Assembly: GCA_965222615.1 (NCBI GenBank)
Contig: CBDCUI010000007.1
Span: 320,001-384,000 of the forward strand
Direction of reading: 5' to 3'
Origin: Gammaproteobacteria bacterium
Lineage (GTDB): Bacteria > Pseudomonadota > Gammaproteobacteria > UBA4575
Length of the DNA stretch: 64,000 nucleotides
Under the pieces are notes generated by a model. It searched no databases and was not told the origin of the DNA. It worked only from the letters and a program-made list of their open reading frames with translations. The translations under genes were made by a program, and so were the position numbers. Positions within the stretch are counted from its first letter, which is position 1. Each line of letters starts with the position of its first letter. Positions 11,183 through 22,724 of the stretch are shown piece after piece.

Positions 11183-12035
11183 GTTGTTGTCCCCTTTTTT
11201 AATTATAAATGTAAGAATTAATACGAATTAATACTTAACAATGTATAAATATAAAATAATATGTCTTGTTTAATCAATGTTTAAATTTTCATTATATTGA
11301 TAATAACATTGTAAATGGTTTATTTAGATGCAATTTAATAAAAAAAATAAGCCTCCCTATATCTCTCGCCTTGTAATAGCAAATATGTCAAAATTTTGAC
11401 GGAGTTTATAAATAGCCGACCTTTATATCTTTTAGGGGTTAAATCTACGTTTTGAACAAACTACCACTACCCTTTATTTAAAAATTCTAACCTTTATTTA
11501 TAGTGGCAGAGAACATATGCGCATGGAACACTTGCATGTGAGTACTACATGCAAACTAAGTATCACAAAACGATATAAAAATTTTCTGCCTTTCACATAA
11601 ATTAATGGCGACGAAGTCACACTTGGAAACCACGACACGAGGATTTTCAGTGCACCATTATCCAAAAACACTACTAGATATGATCAAACCAGAGCAAATA
11701 CTAAAATTTGTAACTACTTAATTAATCCAGCACCTTAGATCAATTTGAGTTAATTTGCTGAATTCTAGTAAACGCTAATCGCTGTACCTCTATTGTGCCT
11801 TTTCTATTAAGTACAAAGTGCCACTAATTTTCGAAGCAACTAACTAAAAGTCCACATTGTAAATGTTTTCAATGCCAAAAGAATGATGATGCCCATTTTT
11901 ACAATTGCCCCCAAATATTGAACAAATATTTGATATAGATCCCTATAATTTAACCTTTTAGCATGAAAATGTTGAAACTTTGTACGCAGGGACATAGTCT
12001 AGACATATGAATGTAATAGACACAATAAAGAAAAG

Positions 12036-12461
12036 ATGAGTATTCTTTATAAAATAAGAAAAAACACAGTAATCAGCCAAGTCCTTTTATTGGCACTGGT
12101 ATTCGCTCTCTTTTTATTGCCTTTTGCTTCATGGAGTGCGTTCGAACACGCCAAGCAAACTACCTCACAAACTGACAATACGATGGGGAAAAGTGCTAAT
12201 TTCGGCATGATCAATTGCCATCACCAACCCAGTAGTAACTACGAGGGTGCCTGTACGAAGAGTTGCTGTGACAATCCTGAAACAAATCAAAATTGTGAAG
12301 ATTGCACAAATGGCTGCCTATCCACCGTATTTATTTCCATTGACCTTAAGAATATTTATCAGTTGATCAATTATTACAGGATCGTACAAAACTTCCAGTC
12401 AGCGATCTCATCTAGAAAAATTACACCCCCCTTTCGCCCACCAATAATATTTCTTTCATAG
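12036..12461 (+). CDS. small Cys/His-rich metal-binding protein (CopL-like)
   Basis: CHH, CTKSCC, CEDCTNGC, C-terminal PPFRPPI; directly upstream of the efflux operon. Confidence 0.6.
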   Translation: MSILYKIRKNTVISQVLLLALVFALFLLPFASWSAFEHAKQTTSQTDNTMGKSANFGMINCHHQPSSNYEGACTKSCCDNPETNQNCEDCTNGCLSTVFISIDLKNIYQLINYYRIVQNFQSAISSRKITPPFRPPIIFLS

Positions 12462-12560
12462 AGTTATTCGTACACCGCAAATAAGCGCCAAAATGAGGTG
12501 CTCGACGGACGTGTTTCGAATTTAATCATTAAAGTTTGAACTTATGAAAGGAGCACAGCT

Positions 12561-13904
12561 ATGTGCAAACTGGAATACATCACTAACGATTGTTCACATC
12601 AATCGTACACATATATTGATAAATATGTCATCACAGTAAAACTGAGATGTAACAAATACATTGTGCAATTGCTACTGGCTGCACTGATCGTTCAGTTCTT
12701 TATCACTTCACCAATATATGCATTAAATTTGCGTGAAGTCGAGCAGATCACAGAACAAAAGGCTTTCATTTCCAAGGCGCATCAGTTACGAGGCGATGCT
12801 CTTGGTGAGTCAGCAATTGCTAATGCACAACTTCCAGATCCACAATTGAATCTTGGACTGTTCAACCTACCTACGGACGATTTTGATATAAATAGTGAGC
12901 CCAATACTCAATTGAGGTTTGGAATATCACAATCTTTCCCACGTGGAAAAACACTTGCTTTTAAAGAAAAACAAACAAAATGGGCAAGTAATGCAGAGTA
13001 TAAACGTGCATCCGATGAAATTTCAAAATCAATTCGATCGGTACGTGAACATTATTTCAATCTTTATTATCAAATTGGTGCCCAAGAAATAATTAATGAA
13101 AGCCGTCAATATTTTATGCAACTTGTGGACATTGCCGAGTCTTATTACAAAGTTGGACGCGTTAATCAACAAGATGTGTTGCGAGCGCAACTCGAGCTAT
13201 CACGATTGGATGATCGTGTTATCGAATTAAAAACTAAGGAGGACTTAGCAAGAGCTGAACTGAGTAAGTGGCTAGATGAAAAAGCATTTGAACCAATAGA
13301 AAAAGAATATCCATCATTGCCTCGCCTAGCTGCACAACAGGAAATTATTGATTCATTAATCAATCACCAGTCTATTCAAGCAGAAGATGCCATGGTTTCA
13401 TTTTTCAACGAAAGCGTCGAAATTGCTCGTGAACAATACAAGCCTGGATGGAGTATTGGTGTTGAATATCGAAAACGTTTTGGCGACAACATTGATAGAA
13501 CTAACCGTGAAGACCAAGCAGCTGCTATGGTAAAAGTTGATCTACCTATTTTTACCAACAAGCGTCAAGATCGACGTTTAGTTGCTAGTCAACACCAGGT
13601 CTCGGCAGCAAAATTTGTTCGAAGCGATAAATTGCAATCACTTAGACAAGCGGTTCTTAGAGATTATGCAAACTGGGAACGGCTATCTGAAAGAAGCAAT
13701 CTTTATGAAAAAAGGCTTGTGCCCGAGGCAAATGCAAATGCAAATGCCTCATTAACAGCATACCAAAGTGGAGTAACAGAATTTACAACACTTGCAAGAG
13801 CTCGTATTACTCAGCTGAATGTGCGCTTGGAAACATTACGAGCAAAAACGGAACACAGTCGTGCACATTCACGTCTTTTGTATCTTTCTGAAGGAGCATT
13901 GTGA
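12561..13904 (+). CDS. cusC: TolC/CusC-family outer-membrane efflux protein
   Basis: LPDPQL and QSFPRG motifs; operon context. Confidence 0.8.
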   Translation: MCKLEYITNDCSHQSYTYIDKYVITVKLRCNKYIVQLLLAALIVQFFITSPIYALNLREVEQITEQKAFISKAHQLRGDALGESAIANAQLPDPQLNLGLFNLPTDDFDINSEPNTQLRFGISQSFPRGKTLAFKEKQTKWASNAEYKRASDEISKSIRSVREHYFNLYYQIGAQEIINESRQYFMQLVDIAESYYKVGRVNQQDVLRAQLELSRLDDRVIELKTKEDLARAELSKWLDEKAFEPIEKEYPSLPRLAAQQEIIDSLINHQSIQAEDAMVSFFNESVEIAREQYKPGWSIGVEYRKRFGDNIDRTNREDQAAAMVKVDLPIFTNKRQDRRLVASQHQVSAAKFVRSDKLQSLRQAVLRDYANWERLSERSNLYEKRLVPEANANANASLTAYQSGVTEFTTLARARITQLNVRLETLRAKTEHSRAHSRLLYLSEGAL

Positions 13905-15385
13905 TGGACAAAATAATAAATATTCTAGCGGTCATTATTCTGAATTTATTTGTAGTAGTAGGTAGCAACACAATTCTAGCGGAAGAGGAAGAGAAAGATA
14001 AAGATAAAGATAAAGATAAAGATAAAGAAGTATTGTATTGGGTTGCCCCTATGGATCCAAATTATAAAAGAGACAAACCAGGGAAATCTCCGATGGGAAT
14101 GGACTTGATACCCATCTACAAAAATGAACAACAAACTCATGGCAGTGAAGTCATTATTGCACCTGAAGTTGTACAGAACTTAGGAGTACGCACTGCCGAA
14201 GTAGAACGATCAAAGCTATGGAGAAGAGTAAATACTGTTGGCTTTGTGGATTATGACGAATCCAAGCTAAGTCATATCCACTTGCGTACGCAAGGTTGGA
14301 TAGAAAATTTGACTGTGCAGTCAGAAGGAGACCGTGTTCAGAAAGGTCAACTTCTTTTTAAGCTCTACTCACCCGAGCTTGTGAATGCACAGGAGGAATA
14401 TCTACAAGCACTATCGCTTGGCAATAAAACTTTAATTAATGCATCCAAACAACGATTATTAGCATTAGGTATTCCCTCTTCAGAGATAAAACGTCTTAAT
14501 AAGAATCGCACAGCTCGACAATTGATTTCTTACTACGCACCGCAAGACGGTGTCGTATCCTCACTTAAAGTAAGAGAAGGCATGTTTGTGAAACCTGAGA
14601 ACCAAGTAGCCACACTTGCAAACCTCTCTACAGTATGGGTGATGGCCGAAGTATTTGAGAGACAAAGTAGCTGGGTTGAAGTTGGACAACCTGCAGAAGT
14701 GCGATTCTCTTATTTGCCTGGGGAAAAATTTGAAGGACAAGTCGAATATATTTATCCAGATCTAGATCAAATGACCAGGGCACTCACTGTTCGTTTGAAA
14801 TTTGATAATCCAGGCGAAACATTGAAGCCAAACATGTTTGGTGATGTATATATTTATGCTGGTGCAAAAGAAAACATCATCGTTGTGCCACGTGAATCCG
14901 TGATTCGTACGGGTACCAGTGAACGCGTCATTCTTGCTAAAGGAGAAGGACGCTTTGAACCACGCGAAGTCGTTACTGGAATCGAGAGTGGTGATTGGAT
15001 TGAAATTCAAAGTGGTTTGAACGAAGGAGAAGATGTCGTTATTTCAGGTCAGTTCCTCATCGACTCTGAGGCTAGTACTAAAGCCAGTTTTACCCGAATG
15101 ACTACTCCACCCAATGCAAAAGAAATGTTGGATAGAGAATCGATGGATGAGGAGATTGTTGCAGTCGGAGTTGTTAAAGAAATATTTGAAGCAGAACAAA
15201 AATTACGAATTACGCATGAACCAATAGAAGCACTTGGCTGGCCACAAATGGAAATGAATTTTCAAGTAAGCAAAGACTATTACGTGGATGAATTCAATAT
15301 AAAACCGGGTGAGCATATTACATTTACGTTAAAAAAAGTTGGAGACCACTATGAAATCTCCTCCATCAAGAAGATGGAACATTAA
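13901..15385 (+). CDS. cusB: CusB-type periplasmic adaptor with C-terminal CusF-like domain
   Basis: YWVAPMDP...SPMGMDL; HEPIEALGWPQMEMNF. Confidence 0.9.
   Translation: MMDKIINILAVIILNLFVVVGSNTILAEEEEKDKDKDKDKDKEVLYWVAPMDPNYKRDKPGKSPMGMDLIPIYKNEQQTHGSEVIIAPEVVQNLGVRTAEVERSKLWRRVNTVGFVDYDESKLSHIHLRTQGWIENLTVQSEGDRVQKGQLLFKLYSPELVNAQEEYLQALSLGNKTLINASKQRLLALGIPSSEIKRLNKNRTARQLISYYAPQDGVVSSLKVREGMFVKPENQVATLANLSTVWVMAEVFERQSSWVEVGQPAEVRFSYLPGEKFEGQVEYIYPDLDQMTRALTVRLKFDNPGETLKPNMFGDVYIYAGAKENIIVVPRESVIRTGTSERVILAKGEGRFEPREVVTGIESGDWIEIQSGLNEGEDVVISGQFLIDSEASTKASFTRMTTPPNAKEMLDRESMDEEIVAVGVVKEIFEAEQKLRITHEPIEALGWPQMEMNFQVSKDYYVDEFNIKPGEHITFTLKKVGDHYEISSIKKMEH
13994..14028 (+). repeat. in-frame (AAAGAT) tandem repeat, 5 full copies plus a partial, encoding KDKDKD
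   Basis: Read directly. Confidence 0.9.
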
Positions 15386-15400
15386 AAAGGAGTATTTCAA

Positions 15401-18400
15401 ATGATTGAAAAAATAATTGACTATTCTATTAAGAATCGCACATTTGTTTTACTAATAACTTTCTTTCTTATTGGTTGGGGAATTTATGCGATAAAAAATA
15501 CACCACTTGATGCAATTCCAGATTTATCTGATGTTCAAGTCATCATTAAAACAAGCTATCCTGGACAATCACCACAAGTAGTTGAAGATCAAGTTACGTA
15601 TCCCTTGAGTGTTGCGATGTTATCCGTACCCAAGGCAGTTAATGTTCGTGGGTATTCATTTTTTGGTGACTCTTACGTTTACATCATCTTTGAGGATGAC
15701 ACAGACCTTTATTGGGCACGCACACGTGTCCTGGAATACTTAAGCCAAGTAGCCGGTAATTTACCTACTGCTGCGAAGACGCAGCTCGGACCTGATGCTA
15801 CAGGTGTTGGTTGGGTCTACGAGTACGCATTAGTGGATCGCAGTGGTGGTCACGATCTTGCACAACTGAGAAGTATTCAAGACTGGTATTTAAAGTACGA
15901 ACTACAAACTGTGAGCGGTGTATCAGAAGTCGCAACAGTTGGTGGAATGGTCAAACAATACCAAGTTGTAGTAAACCCTAATAGTTTACGTGCACACGGG
16001 ATCCCTCTTTCAAAAGTCCGCCAAGCTATTTCAAGAGCAAACCAAGAAACAGGTGGCTCCGTGATCGAAATGGCAGAAGCAGAATATATGGTGCGAGCAA
16101 CAGGATATATTGATGATATTCAGGATTTACACAAAATTCCCTTGGCAGTCAACGAGCGAGGAACACCAATATTGCTTGAGGATGTTGCTGAGATAAGGCT
16201 GGGGCCACAATTAAGACGTGGTATCGCAGAGTTAGATGGAGAAGGTGAAGTAGTTGGAGGCGTAATCGTAATGCGATTTGGTGAAAACGCATTACAAACC
16301 ATCCAAAATGTAAAAACGAAATTAGAAGAGCTAAAGAAAGGATTACCTGATAGTGTAGAAATTATTGAAACCTACAACCGCGCTGCACTAATTGAACGTG
16401 CTGTCGACACATTAAATGAAAAGCTAATTGAAGAGTTTATTGTTGTAGCACTTGTATGTGCACTATTCTTGTTTCATTTGCGCTCAGCACTCGTCATTGT
16501 TTTGTCTTTACCGGTTGGTATTCTAATTGCGTTTATTGTTATGCAACAAATGGGCATAAATGCCAACATTATGTCTCTTGGTGGCATTGCCATTGCTATT
16601 GGCGCCATGGTAGACGCAGCAGTAGTGATGATTGAAAACACGCATAAACACCTAGAAATGGAAGGCGCCGAACAACGAAATCGGTGGGAAATTATCAGTG
16701 AATCAACTAAAGAAGTCGGACCACCTTTATTTTTCTCACTGATTATTATCACCTTAAGTTTCTTACCTGTGTTTACACTCGAAGCACAAGAAGGCCGATT
16801 ATTTAGTCCACTTGCGTACACCAAAACATTTGCCATGGCGGGAGCCGCTGTATTATCTATTACATTAGTCCCCGTCTTAATGGGCTACTTTATCCGTGGA
16901 CATGTAACTCCAGAAAAAAAGAATCCCATTAATCGATTACTTGTTGCAGGTTACCGACCCCTTATTAGTTTTATTCTAAGAGCACCAAAGTCGGTTTTAT
17001 TAATTGCCTTGATTGTAATCATCGCAGGGTTATGGCCTATAACACGTCTTGGTAGTGAATTCATGCCAGATCTCAATGAAGGAGACTTGTTGTACATGCC
17101 TACAACGTATCCTTCTATCTCGATTGGTAAAGCCCAAGAACTATTACAACAAACCGATAAATTAATTCGGACCGTACCCGAAGTCGAAACCGTGTTTGGG
17201 AAAATTGGTCGGGCGGATACCGCAACCGATACTGCTCCTCTCACAATGATAGAAACCACGATAAAACTTAAACCAGAAAAAGAATGGCGTGAGGGAAAAA
17301 CGATTGATGATTTAAAACGTGAATTTAACCAACTCGTACAATTTCCAGGACTAACCAATGCATGGGTGATGCCGATAAAAACTCGTATCGATATGCTTTC
17401 TACGGGTATTAAGACACCGGTTGGAATTAAGATTGCAGGAGCCGATTTATCTGTAATTCAAAATATAGGAGAAGAAATTCAAGATGTCGTGAAACAAGTA
17501 CCTGGGACGGCAAGTGCTTATTCTGAACGTGTATCGAGCGGACGATACATCATTATTGATATAGATCGCAATGCTGCAGCTCGATATGCGCTCGATATAA
17601 TGGAAATTCAAGCGGTTGTGCAAACCGCTATTGGGGGTATGCAAGTTTCAATGTCAACGGAGGGACTTGAGCGCTACCCAATTAATCTAAGATACCCGCG
17701 GGACTGGCGTGATTCACTTGCACGTCTTCGTGATCTTCCTGTAGTTACACCTACAGGTGCGCAAGTAGCACTACAAGAAGTTGCAGATATTCGGATTGAA
17801 GATGGCCCTGCATTGATCAAAACAGAAAATGCAAGACTTAATGGTTGGATTTACGTTGACATAGAAAATCGGGACCTAGGTTCATATGTACAAGATGCTC
17901 AAAAGACTGTTGAAGAAAATGTGAAACTACCTCCTGGTTATACTGTCTCTTGGTCCGGTCAGTACGAATACCTTTTACGCGCAAAACAACGTTTGTCTGT
18001 TGTTATTCCAGTAACGTTAGTAATAATCGTTCTTCTTTTATATATGAACTTTCGTCGCATAACTGAAGTGATCATTATTATGGCAACACTGCCAATGGCA
18101 CTGGTAGGCGGAATTTTATTACTTTATTTACTGGACTATGACATGTCCGTTGCAGTCGGCGTTGGTTTTATTGCACTTGCAGGCGTGAGTGTTGAAATTG
18201 GTGTGGTGATGCTGGTGTATTTAAACCAAGCGCTAAAAAAGTTAAAACAACAAGCAGAAACTAATCAACGTGAATTAACAAGAGATGACATTCGAAGTGC
18301 AGTGATCTCAGGAGCACTGTTGCGAGTCAGGCCGATTATGATGACCGTTGCAGCAATTATTGCAGGACTATTACCTATCATGATCGGAGGTGGAACGGGA

Positions 18401-18556
18401 TCAGAAGTGATGCGTCGCATTGCCACCCCAATGGTTGGTGGAATGATCAGTGCAACTTTGCTCACTCTTATTGTCATTCCTGCTGTGTTTCTAGTAATAA
18501 ATCAATTCAAGCTACCAGCATCAATACATACTGAAGCCACTGTTAATGAGGTTTAA
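15401..18556 (+). CDS. cusA: CusA/CzcA heavy-metal RND permease
   Basis: DAIPDLSDVQV, GPDATGVGW, RVRPIMMT; 1051 aa. Confidence 0.95.
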   Translation: MIEKIIDYSIKNRTFVLLITFFLIGWGIYAIKNTPLDAIPDLSDVQVIIKTSYPGQSPQVVEDQVTYPLSVAMLSVPKAVNVRGYSFFGDSYVYIIFEDDTDLYWARTRVLEYLSQVAGNLPTAAKTQLGPDATGVGWVYEYALVDRSGGHDLAQLRSIQDWYLKYELQTVSGVSEVATVGGMVKQYQVVVNPNSLRAHGIPLSKVRQAISRANQETGGSVIEMAEAEYMVRATGYIDDIQDLHKIPLAVNERGTPILLEDVAEIRLGPQLRRGIAELDGEGEVVGGVIVMRFGENALQTIQNVKTKLEELKKGLPDSVEIIETYNRAALIERAVDTLNEKLIEEFIVVALVCALFLFHLRSALVIVLSLPVGILIAFIVMQQMGINANIMSLGGIAIAIGAMVDAAVVMIENTHKHLEMEGAEQRNRWEIISESTKEVGPPLFFSLIIITLSFLPVFTLEAQEGRLFSPLAYTKTFAMAGAAVLSITLVPVLMGYFIRGHVTPEKKNPINRLLVAGYRPLISFILRAPKSVLLIALIVIIAGLWPITRLGSEFMPDLNEGDLLYMPTTYPSISIGKAQELLQQTDKLIRTVPEVETVFGKIGRADTATDTAPLTMIETTIKLKPEKEWREGKTIDDLKREFNQLVQFPGLTNAWVMPIKTRIDMLSTGIKTPVGIKIAGADLSVIQNIGEEIQDVVKQVPGTASAYSERVSSGRYIIIDIDRNAAARYALDIMEIQAVVQTAIGGMQVSMSTEGLERYPINLRYPRDWRDSLARLRDLPVVTPTGAQVALQEVADIRIEDGPALIKTENARLNGWIYVDIENRDLGSYVQDAQKTVEENVKLPPGYTVSWSGQYEYLLRAKQRLSVVIPVTLVIIVLLLYMNFRRITEVIIIMATLPMALVGGILLLYLLDYDMSVAVGVGFIALAGVSVEIGVVMLVYLNQALKKLKQQAETNQRELTRDDIRSAVISGALLRVRPIMMTVAAIIAGLLPIMIGGGTGSEVMRRIATPMVGGMISATLLTLIVIPAVFLVINQFKLPASIHTEATVNEV

Positions 18557-18739
18557 TTAAAAGCTATTCAAATAACCGTAAGAAATACTCCCATTTCGAC
18601 TTAAGCACTGTGGTCAACAGCGCTTATTAATGTGACACACAATGGCACAGTTCAAATATTAATGTTTTAACCAATGTGTTGCTTCGATCGGTTGAGCTGG
18701 TATCCAATAGCTGTCATTGAATAAAGAGTGTATAGAATA

Positions 18740-19459
18740 TTAATATTTTTTCGCTTCGTAAAATAAGCTTTCAATAAGTGGACTGTCCATTGGTTCAGCA
18801 TTTTTAAACGTAAAAGGCAAAGATTGACAACCGTGATACACACCATTGCCACACGCATCAAATGGTGGAGATAACACATGTAAATGCAAGTGTGGGAAAT
18901 CCAATGTGAATCCGCTATTTCCTGATAATGCTACAGGTTGCCCTTGTGTAACCTGATCGTCTAAGTCAACCAATATGCCATCCTTTGATAAATGTAAATA
19001 AGATGCAACTGTTCCATCTTCATGCATAATAACAAGGATATTTGTTTCCTCTGCTGTCTGGGTGTCATTACCAAATTGCTCAATAGCTTTAATAACTTTA
19101 CCTCCGCGTGATGCAACAATTGTGGTACCTACTGGCATAGCAAAATCATAGGAATAGCGTAAATCTCCGCAATCAATTTCTTCGCCATTGATAGAAAGAA
19201 CTCTGCACATCGGTTTGTGTGTACTATATTTCCCACAGTTTCCTTGACTGACTCGAAAAGCTTCACCGATCTCATAAGGCAAGACATACTCTGATGTTTT
19301 AGGATCTTGGTAATGCTCTTTGAAACAACCACTAACAGTTTCATTTTCAATGGGGGTTAATGTAGGTTCGTAATTGCCAGTATCTATTCTGTCGCACCCT
19401 ACAAAGATTGGACTAAATAAAAGCGTTAAAACGAAATAATTTAATGTACTTTCTCGCAT
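18740..19459 (-). CDS. M23 peptidase family lipoprotein
   Basis: Lipobox FVGC, YLHL, SGNSG, PHLHLH. Confidence 0.75.
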   Translation of the reverse strand: MRESTLNYFVLTLLFSPIFVGCDRIDTGNYEPTLTPIENETVSGCFKEHYQDPKTSEYVLPYEIGEAFRVSQGNCGKYSTHKPMCRVLSINGEEIDCGDLRYSYDFAMPVGTTIVASRGGKVIKAIEQFGNDTQTAEETNILVIMHEDGTVASYLHLSKDGILVDLDDQVTQGQPVALSGNSGFTLDFPHLHLHVLSPPFDACGNGVYHGCQSLPFTFKNAEPMDSPLIESLFYEAKKY

Positions 19460-19464
19460 TAATA

Positions 19465-20421
19465 TTATTTGAATATGTTTGGCCGTATTTTTATGTAAAA
19501 CCGAACTTTATAAAAACCATCTTGGCTATAACTATTTAAATAATGAAGATAGTATGGGGTTTTTTCTGGCACAACTCCACGTTCTTCAAACCAAAATGTA
19601 TGAATGTCTCTATTAGCATTTATTAAATCCGAAACACTACCTGTTAAAATCCCTGTAATATAATATCCTGCATCAATTGTTTGGGTCATAAAAGGTAAAG
19701 ATACTTTGATAGAATTAGGTATACGAATCGCAACATCTTGTCGTATAGAATGATGCGGACTAACACTTACAAGGTCGTACCAAACTGTAAAGATATTTTC
19801 CTTCCAATCTTCTAAGTTATTCTCTCCCCATTCCTTTATTTTTTTCCACATTGGCAGACAGGATGAAAGAGTAAGACCATCATTTATAGTTCTGTACAGT
19901 AATTTTTGTTCTTTTAGCTTTACTATTGAAACCAGATCATCCAACTCACTAAGTCGTTTATTTCTTTCATGTTCGTCAGTATATTTATACTTAGAATATA
20001 ACGAGCAAGGATCTATTTCTTTTCCATACTTGCTTATAATCTCGCCTTCTTTAACTGTATCTATCAAAATTGGATAACGAAACTCCTTTGCTGTAATCCC
20101 AAAATGGTTTTTAAATGACTTCGAAAAATTTGCTGGTGAAGAAAACCCGTGGGTCATTGCAATCTCAGATATTTTCAAATTTGGATACCACACTAAACGC
20201 CTAGCTGCCAGCTCAAGGCGTTTCCTTGAAATATATGAGCTTAATGTTTCTCCCTGATATTCATGAAAAATGCGGTGGAAATGAAATTTAGAAACATTGC
20301 ATGCTCGAGCTATGCCTGCGAGATCTAATGGTCTATGAGGATTATTCCAAATAAGATTTAATGCATTCACTACATTAGCTGTCTGCCTATGTTCTGTTTT
20401 AATATTTTTTGCTCTTAGCAT
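19465..20421 (-). CDS. AraC-family regulator with probable GyrI-like effector domain
   Basis: SKFHFHRIF, GFSSPANFSKSFK. Confidence 0.85.
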   Translation of the reverse strand: MLRAKNIKTEHRQTANVVNALNLIWNNPHRPLDLAGIARACNVSKFHFHRIFHEYQGETLSSYISRKRLELAARRLVWYPNLKISEIAMTHGFSSPANFSKSFKNHFGITAKEFRYPILIDTVKEGEIISKYGKEIDPCSLYSKYKYTDEHERNKRLSELDDLVSIVKLKEQKLLYRTINDGLTLSSCLPMWKKIKEWGENNLEDWKENIFTVWYDLVSVSPHHSIRQDVAIRIPNSIKVSLPFMTQTIDAGYYITGILTGSVSDLINANRDIHTFWFEERGVVPEKTPYYLHYLNSYSQDGFYKVRFYIKIRPNIFK

Positions 20422-20536
20422 GTAATAAATAGTTTTCCCAGCTTGCTATTTTTTCAATTTAAAACTACCTATTGACATCAATATTTCTTTTGAATGATAA
20501 AATTATATTTAATAAATTATATCCAGAGAACTTTAA

Positions 20537-21337
20537 ATGAACAAACTAATCACATTAGTCACAATTTTCTGCCTAACTTCTTTTGAAGTTTTAGCAACTG
20601 ATTTTGATAACACAAACTTATCATCAAATGATGTAGCGCATATCGCGCAGCCTTATTTATATGAAAATAATGAAATTGCGGTTATAACGATTACATCGAA
20701 TTCTGAAACTCTTCGAAAACTTGTACCTAAACCCTTGATCCCAAATGCTGGCAATACTATTTATTTCTACATAGGTGAATTTAATCTAAATCACCCAGAA
20801 AAAATAAACTACCGCGAATCGGGATTACTAATACCCGTTACCTATAAAGATAAAGAAAAAAATAAGACTGAACATGGTAGCTATTTTCCAGTTTTATACT
20901 TGGATCATATTGATGCCATTATTGGTGGAAGGGAGGTATATGGTTACCCGAAATATCTAGCGGATATAACGTTCACACGAGAAGATAAATCGATTCAAGG
21001 AATTGTAAAAATTAATGGAGAATTGCTTATTGAAGTTGAGTTCGATATTACAACAAAAGTAAAAAATCCTTCTCTCCCTAGTTGGAACATGTACTCACTG
21101 AAACGAATTCCAGGACCTGACCTAAAGAATGGAAATGTCATTAAGCAAATTATTTCGGCACCACAAAATGGTATAAAGATTCATGAAATGCACTTAGCCA
21201 CAGCAACATTGAAATTACATTCTGTAGGTAAAAATCCATTAGGTGCTATACCAATTTTAAATATATCAAACCCATTTTTCAGAGTTGAAAATATGACCAT
21301 AAACGCTGGTAAAGTCTTGTATGACTACCTAAAATAA
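20537..21337 (+). CDS. acetoacetate decarboxylase family protein with signal peptide
   Basis: YRE and GREVYGYPK motifs. Confidence 0.8.
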   Translation: MNKLITLVTIFCLTSFEVLATDFDNTNLSSNDVAHIAQPYLYENNEIAVITITSNSETLRKLVPKPLIPNAGNTIYFYIGEFNLNHPEKINYRESGLLIPVTYKDKEKNKTEHGSYFPVLYLDHIDAIIGGREVYGYPKYLADITFTREDKSIQGIVKINGELLIEVEFDITTKVKNPSLPSWNMYSLKRIPGPDLKNGNVIKQIISAPQNGIKIHEMHLATATLKLHSVGKNPLGAIPILNISNPFFRVENMTINAGKVLYDYLK

Positions 21338-21515
21338 CTTCAACTAATATCCGCTATAGTCCGTTAGCAAAATTGCAAACTATGCTCTGGTGAGATGTAT
21401 TCATCAAATCAGCCATATATAAGACAAATAGAAACAGTAATTTACCCTTTTCTAGATTACTGATTGGAATGTATCCACCAAATTTCTCCAAATTGTCAAG
21501 TTGATTTTTGCAGTA

Positions 21516-22712
21516 TCAACCTTTCACGCAAACTACTTGTCTCAATGTATGTTCAACACTTACCAAGTCATTTTGGTTTTCCATAACCACGTCAATATCT
21601 TTGTATGCGCCAGGGATTTCATCTAATACACCTTTGTCTTTACGACATTCAACACCCGCAGTTTGCGCCTCGATATCTTCTTCATTGAAATGGCGTTTTG
21701 CTTTACCACGACTCATACGACGACCTGCGCCGTGCGAACATGAACTAAATGATTCAGGGTTACCTTTACCACGAACAATATAAGATTTAGCACCCATACT
21801 TCCTGGAATAATTCCAAGCTCATCCACGCCAGCACGGATCGCTCCTTTTCGCGTAATGTAAACATTTTCACCAAAGTGATTTTCCATAGACACATAATTG
21901 TGATGACAATTGATGGCTTCTTTAGTGATGCCAAATTTTGGTAAAACTTTTTTTAACGCATCAATGATTAAGCGCATCATTTCTTTACGATTTTCCATTG
22001 CGTAATCTTGAGCCCAGTTCACTGCATTTACGTAATCATCAAAGTGCTCAGCACCTTCAGTGAAATACGCTAAATCTTTATCAGGTAAATTATGAATATG
22101 CTTTTGCATATCTTGTTGTGCTAATCGAATAAAGTATTGACCAATAATATTCCCTACTCCACGGCTACCCGAATGAAGCATAATCCATACATCATTATTT
22201 TCATCCAAACAGATTTCAATAAAATGATTCCCCCCTCCAAGTGTGCCCAATTGGCGCACCCAAGTTTGATAAGGCTTTTTCTGCATCTTTAAAAGTTTAG
22301 GATGTTTATCTAGTAAGCGATCTAAACCGTCAGATAAAGGTCGTATAGTAGAATTCTTAGCTTTATCAGTCTTGTGCATATCAAAACCAACAGGAATTGC
22401 GTCTTCAATTGCAGTACGCACTTTACGTAAATTATCTGGAAGATCATCTGCATTGATTGAAAGGCGTAACGCATTCATGCCACAACCGATGTCTACACCA
22501 ACTGCAGCTGGAATGATTGCACCTTTACACGGAATTACAGAACCCACAGTCGCACCTTTACCAAAGTGTACATCCGGCATCGCCGCTATATGACTATGGA
22601 TAAAGGGCAACTGTGAAAGGTTGCATAGTTGTTGGTAGGCTTCGTGCTCAATGTCATCTGTATAGATTTTTACGCGCACTTTACCTTTGGTAATCACTTT
22701 CTTTATTGGCAT
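21516..22712 (-). CDS. rtcB: RNA ligase RtcB
   Basis: MPDVH, GVDIGCG, GGGNHF, HSGSRG, CHHN, HGAGR, DEIPGAYK, terminal VKG. Confidence 0.95.
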   Translation of the reverse strand: MPIKKVITKGKVRVKIYTDDIEHEAYQQLCNLSQLPFIHSHIAAMPDVHFGKGATVGSVIPCKGAIIPAAVGVDIGCGMNALRLSINADDLPDNLRKVRTAIEDAIPVGFDMHKTDKAKNSTIRPLSDGLDRLLDKHPKLLKMQKKPYQTWVRQLGTLGGGNHFIEICLDENNDVWIMLHSGSRGVGNIIGQYFIRLAQQDMQKHIHNLPDKDLAYFTEGAEHFDDYVNAVNWAQDYAMENRKEMMRLIIDALKKVLPKFGITKEAINCHHNYVSMENHFGENVYITRKGAIRAGVDELGIIPGSMGAKSYIVRGKGNPESFSSCSHGAGRRMSRGKAKRHFNEEDIEAQTAGVECRKDKGVLDEIPGAYKDIDVVMENQNDLVSVEHTLRQVVCVKG

Positions 22713-22724
22713 ATGTCACCCAAA

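Noticed and set aside
11183-12035. Long intergenic gap as a possible ncRNA
   Set aside because: AT-rich divergent promoter region with no convincing stems or repeats seen
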